From Octopus bimaculoides (Eukaryota): a DNA stretch of 64,000 bases. Of this stretch, positions 60,081 through 64,000 are shown piece by piece. The notes beneath the pieces are model-generated. The model was not told the DNA's origin, did not search any database, and was given only the letters and a program-made list of their open reading frames with translations. The stretch spans positions 37,085,249-37,149,248 of the forward strand of contig NC_068990.1 of NCBI RefSeq assembly GCF_001194135.2, written 5' to 3'. Each line of letters starts with the position of its first letter. Positions within the stretch are counted from its first letter, which is position 1. Both the position numbers and the translations under genes were made by a program.

Positions 60081-61034
60081 GAATCAACACACACAAAGTT
60101 AATTAGTTATGTATTAAATGCATTTAAGGGATATTTTAGGAGAAATGATAAAACAGTGTGGATAAATTTTTTAAAGGATTGTGTCATTATCATCATCATC
60201 ATCACCACCACCACCACCACCACCACCATCATCCTCATCACCACCACCACCACCATCATCATCACCATCATCATCATCTGTATTATGTCAAAATGATGTA
60301 AATACTTACTAGCTGTACAGAATGGCCTATTTGATCAACATGTCAGCTGAAACCCTTAATAAAGTTCTTACCAAAGGATTTTTCCCTTTCAATTTAATAA
60401 TAAAGTACTGTCAGTAATTTTTAAATGTGATAGTGCATAAATCCTGTAAAATAGTATGTGAAAATCTAGCTTTTTCTGTTATTAAAAATTATGAATTTTT
60501 AATAAGCTTTTTTTACTGGTTCAATGAACTGTGTAAAGATAGTTTAAAATGTAATTATCCATATGATCATATGACACAAATTTCATTTTGTGACAGTATT
60601 CAAGTTTTTCTTTTCGATTTCTTGGTTAGGGTATTTATTCATTCCATTTAACCAAATACTATATGTCACCCTGACAAGACACACCTTATTTTAATCCACT
60701 CTCATTTTAATTTTCACAGTTTCATTAGCACTGTCTTTGTTTTCCACACTAAGCGATGTGACCAGCACCTCATTCATCTACTCACTTTCATTTTACAATT
60801 CCTAGTTTCACTCTTTATTTCTTATTTATCAGCTTCTTGCTTTGCACTATCTCGCTAGCAAGGCAGCAAATGAATACACATTGCTAATTATACTAGGATA
60901 GAAAAATAGATATCATATTTCAAACACACGTGCTCTTAAATAGGAAGTTGTTATTTTTGTAGTAGTGGTAGTATCAATTATTTCCAGTTTATTTTCAGAC
61001 TCATAGTTTTAGTCATGAATATTTTTTTTACCAT

Positions 61035-61081
<47 letters not shown>

Positions 61082-61530
61082 TATATATGAATGTGTGTAT
61101 GTCTACATGTATTTATGTATATTTGTTTGTATGTCTGTGACAAAGTTGTGGCATGTTGTGCATTCTGTACAATTGTAAAAAACATAAAACCTTAACACCA
61201 TGTTGTAGAACATAAACTTTATGCAAAATAGAATCTCACGGTTTGCTACTTAAATTTTCTCATTCTCAAACATCAGGTACACAAACAAGAATCAATATTC
61301 CATTCACAAAAATATAGAAGGACAGTACGTTGTAGGTAAATAAAGCTTTTACCTGACATTTCTTCTGTGATTGATTGAGTTTGAAGTGGTCCTGTTTATG
61401 GTTTGTTATATTCTCTGAATAGGTGTCCAGTTCTTATTAGTGCCTTGCACTACATTTTAGGTGATACATTTAAGGAAAAGATATGGTAAATATATAAATA
61501 TGTCTGTGTGCACGCATATATGTATATGTA

Positions 61531-61818
61531 TATATTTCGAGATGATCATTTTTTTTCTTTTTTCCCAAATAAATATACACACTATATATTCGTTCTTCAC
61601 TAGTTTATTACTGTTCTTCTTTTATCCTATGTCCATTGTCTGGAAATCTTTCATCACACATGGAAAGGATCGCTGAAGAGGTCACAGATGTTTGACAAAA
61701 GATTTCCAGACAATGGACATCAGAAAAAATAAAAAGATTATTAAATGAGTAAAGAATGAATATAGAGTGCATGTGTTTATTTGGCAAAAAAAATAAAAAA
61801 TAAAATGACCATCCCAAA

Positions 61819-61822
<4 letters not shown>
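61531..61822. mobile_element. TA-flanked MITE with ~120-bp imperfect inverted arms
   Basis: tatttcgagatgatcattt...atgtccattgtctggaaatcttt / aaagatttccagacaatggacat...aaatgaccatcccaaaata; the same terminus TTTTGGGATGGTCATTT recurs at 62151. Confidence 0.8.
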
Positions 61823-61871
<49 letters not shown>

Positions 61872-61876
<5 letters not shown>

Positions 61877-62116
61877 GCACGTAAAATACACCATTTTGAG
61901 TGTGGCCGTTGCCCGTACCGCCTGACTGGCCCACGTGCTGGTGGCACATAAAAGCATCCGCTACACTCTCAGAGTGGTTGGCGTTAGGAAGGGCATCCAG
62001 CTGTAGAAATTCTGTCACATCAGATTGGAGCCTGGTGTAACCATCTGCTTCACCAGTCCTCAGTTAAATCGTCCAACCCATGCTAGCATGGAAAGTGGAC
62101 ATTAAACGATGATGAT
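61872..62116 (+). mobile_element. RTE-like 3' end (family D)
   Basis: gttggcgttaggaagggcatccagctg...catggaaagtggacattaaacgatgatgat. Confidence 0.88.
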
Positions 62117-62613
62117 CAGGTTGACACATATATATATATATATATATATATTTTGGGATGGTCATTTTCTTTTTTTTTTTTTTGCTTGCTAGCCACTACA
62201 CATTCTTTTTTCTCTCCTTATTTCTCTCGTTGTTTCTTTCTGTGTTCCTTTCTGTGGAAGCACGTAGGCTTGAAATGTTAAAGACTTTTTCACTTCCCAA
62301 GCGTTATACTAATACATCTGTTTGTTGTCTACACCACCTGTCTTAATCTTCTGCTTTTTTGTGAATTCTCCCTATATATATATATATNNNNNNNNNNNNN
62401 NNNNNNNNNNNNNNNNNNNNNNNNNNNNNNNNNNNNNNNNNNNNNNNNNNNNNNNNNNNNNNNNNNNNNNNNNNNNNNNNNNNNNNNNNNNNNNNNNNNN
62501 NNNNNNNNNNNNNNNNNNNNNNNNNNNNNNNNNNNNNNNNNNNNNNNNNNNNNNNNNNNNNNNNNNNNNNNNNNNNNNNNNNNNNNNNNNNNNNNNNNNN
62601 NNNNNNNNNNNNN

Positions 62614-62672
<59 letters not shown>

Positions 62673-63601
62673 AGAATATATATATAAAGGAATAACGAAG
62701 ATATAGAGGTGTCAATTTATTACAGCTCTTTCAAGCAACTCCTTCAAATGATTAATGAAAGAAAAACATTCTCATCAGATTACTGCATAGACTTCAAATA
62801 TAGATGATGTACAGATGTAACTAAATTAAGGGGACTAGTTCCAGGGATTGTGTAATACTGTCTAGACTGAGAAAAGCATTGAGAGAAAAATTAAGAATAA
62901 AAATCTTAGATAATCATGCATGCCATAAGAGAGGAATGTGTATGTAATATGTAGATTAGATGACAGAAGTATTAGGGAATTTAAATGCAATGAATCTATG
63001 GAAGAAATTGGTAAAGCCTAATTTGAAGTAACCAAACCTCATGAATAAGATGACAATGGAGTGCAACAATTTGGTGGTGTACAATTAAGGAGCCCATACA
63101 ATGTCAATGGAACCACTGGAATTGGAACCATTGATATACAACGGATTTGGCATTGCTAATAATGATGATGATGATCATGATAATGGACAATAATAATGAC
63201 AATGATAAAGCAAAAGAATAGTGGGAAGGAGGGAGAGAAGGTGAGGATCGGAGAAGAAGTAGGGAAAGAAAAAGGACAATGACAAGTACGCCAAGGATGA
63301 TGATGGATATGATGATGATGATGTGAAGAAGAATGATATTATTTTACATTAAAATTCATGTGATTCATTACATGTGGGCATATATTGCACTTTATGAAAT
63401 GTTTTCAAACATTTCAAAAATATTGTATGGAGTAAAACATCTGGTCATCTGTGATTAATGACACATTAATGTAATAACCTACAATATTATTCTCAATATC
63501 AAGTCCAATCTTCAGTCTTTTAATTGAGAAGGCTAGTAGTTTATAATTAGACTTTCAATCGTATATGTGTACATATCAATAATGATGCTTGTTTATATAT
63601 T

Positions 63602-63636
<35 letters not shown>

Positions 63637-63755
63637 GTGTGTGTATATGTGTGTATGTATGTGCAAGTATATATACACACACATGTATACACACAAACAC
63701 ACAGCATATGTATGTGTATGCAAGTATATATACACACATGCTTACACATCATGTG

Positions 63756-63799
<44 letters not shown>

Positions 63800-63801
63800 C
63801 A

Positions 63802-64000
63802 TATTGGGCTGGTGGATAATTACTGTGACATTTTTTCAACAAATTTTATTCAACAAAAATAATAACAAATATTTAACAAAAAGATTTTTAAATGATAGTC
63901 TGACCGCTTGCCAGGCATATGGGAAGCAGTAATTGAAGAAGATGGTGAATATGCTCTGGAATAATCATTAAAGATGTGTTTGTTACATGTTGTTATCGTT
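63802..64000 (+). mobile_element. Internally deleted mariner element, running off the window end
   Basis: TA-ttgggctggtggataattac mariner-like TIR followed directly by the C-terminal DRLPGIWEAVIEEDGEYALE*. Confidence 0.7.

Noticed and set aside
61354-61460. Minus-strand exon ending ATG TCA G|GTAAAA
   Set aside because: A plausible donor and ATG but no independent support; such motifs are frequent by chance.
24253-62715. Long ORFs made mostly of X (e.g. 24253-25200, 28794-29759, 46019-46927, 51145-51964, 54282-55081, 62322-62715)
   Set aside because: They run through N-gaps and flanking microsatellites; artefacts.
63049-63160. Gly-rich open frame DDNGVQQFGGVQLRSPYNVNGTTGIGTIDIQRIWHC
   Set aside because: Short, no polypyrimidine acceptor and no recognisable domain.

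Overview
This is an AT-rich, repeat-saturated eukaryotic scaffold segment with many N-gaps and microsatellites ((TA)n, (CA)n, (AG)n, (TAA)n, (CAT)n). The SINE and LINE families resemble ones I recall from Octopus genomes, so the organism is probably an octopus; this is recall, not a search result. No intact protein-coding gene is visible. Almost every supplied ORF is a microsatellite or N-gap artefact, and the few with real protein signal are decayed transposon fragments. These include Penelope-like (PLE) GIY-YIG and RT-thumb relics, at least seven R4/Dong-like restriction-like-endonuclease non-LTR relics, RTE/BovB-like relics and mariner relics. There are also several tRNA-headed SINE families, some with clear target-site duplications (TSDs). 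The most interesting signal is a set of short elements carrying minimal type-I hammerhead ribozyme motifs with palindromic stem III (1029-1089, 9594-9632, 36476-36513; degenerate half-motif at 43004-43015). Each sits in a divergent inverted-duplication arrangement, suggesting PLE-derived, retrozyme-like mini-elements. A second theme is a set of elements tied to (TAA)n arrays, including a ~520-560 bp headless element that may be a non-autonomous R4/Dong partner. Other observations are a perfect 46-bp templated inverted insertion, several foldback elements, a possible terminal coding exon at 3-185, and a CpG-retaining candidate promoter/enhancer region at 23.7-25.6 kb. Coordinates were read by eye; repeat boundaries are approximate (about +/-10-20 bp) unless a TSD is quoted.
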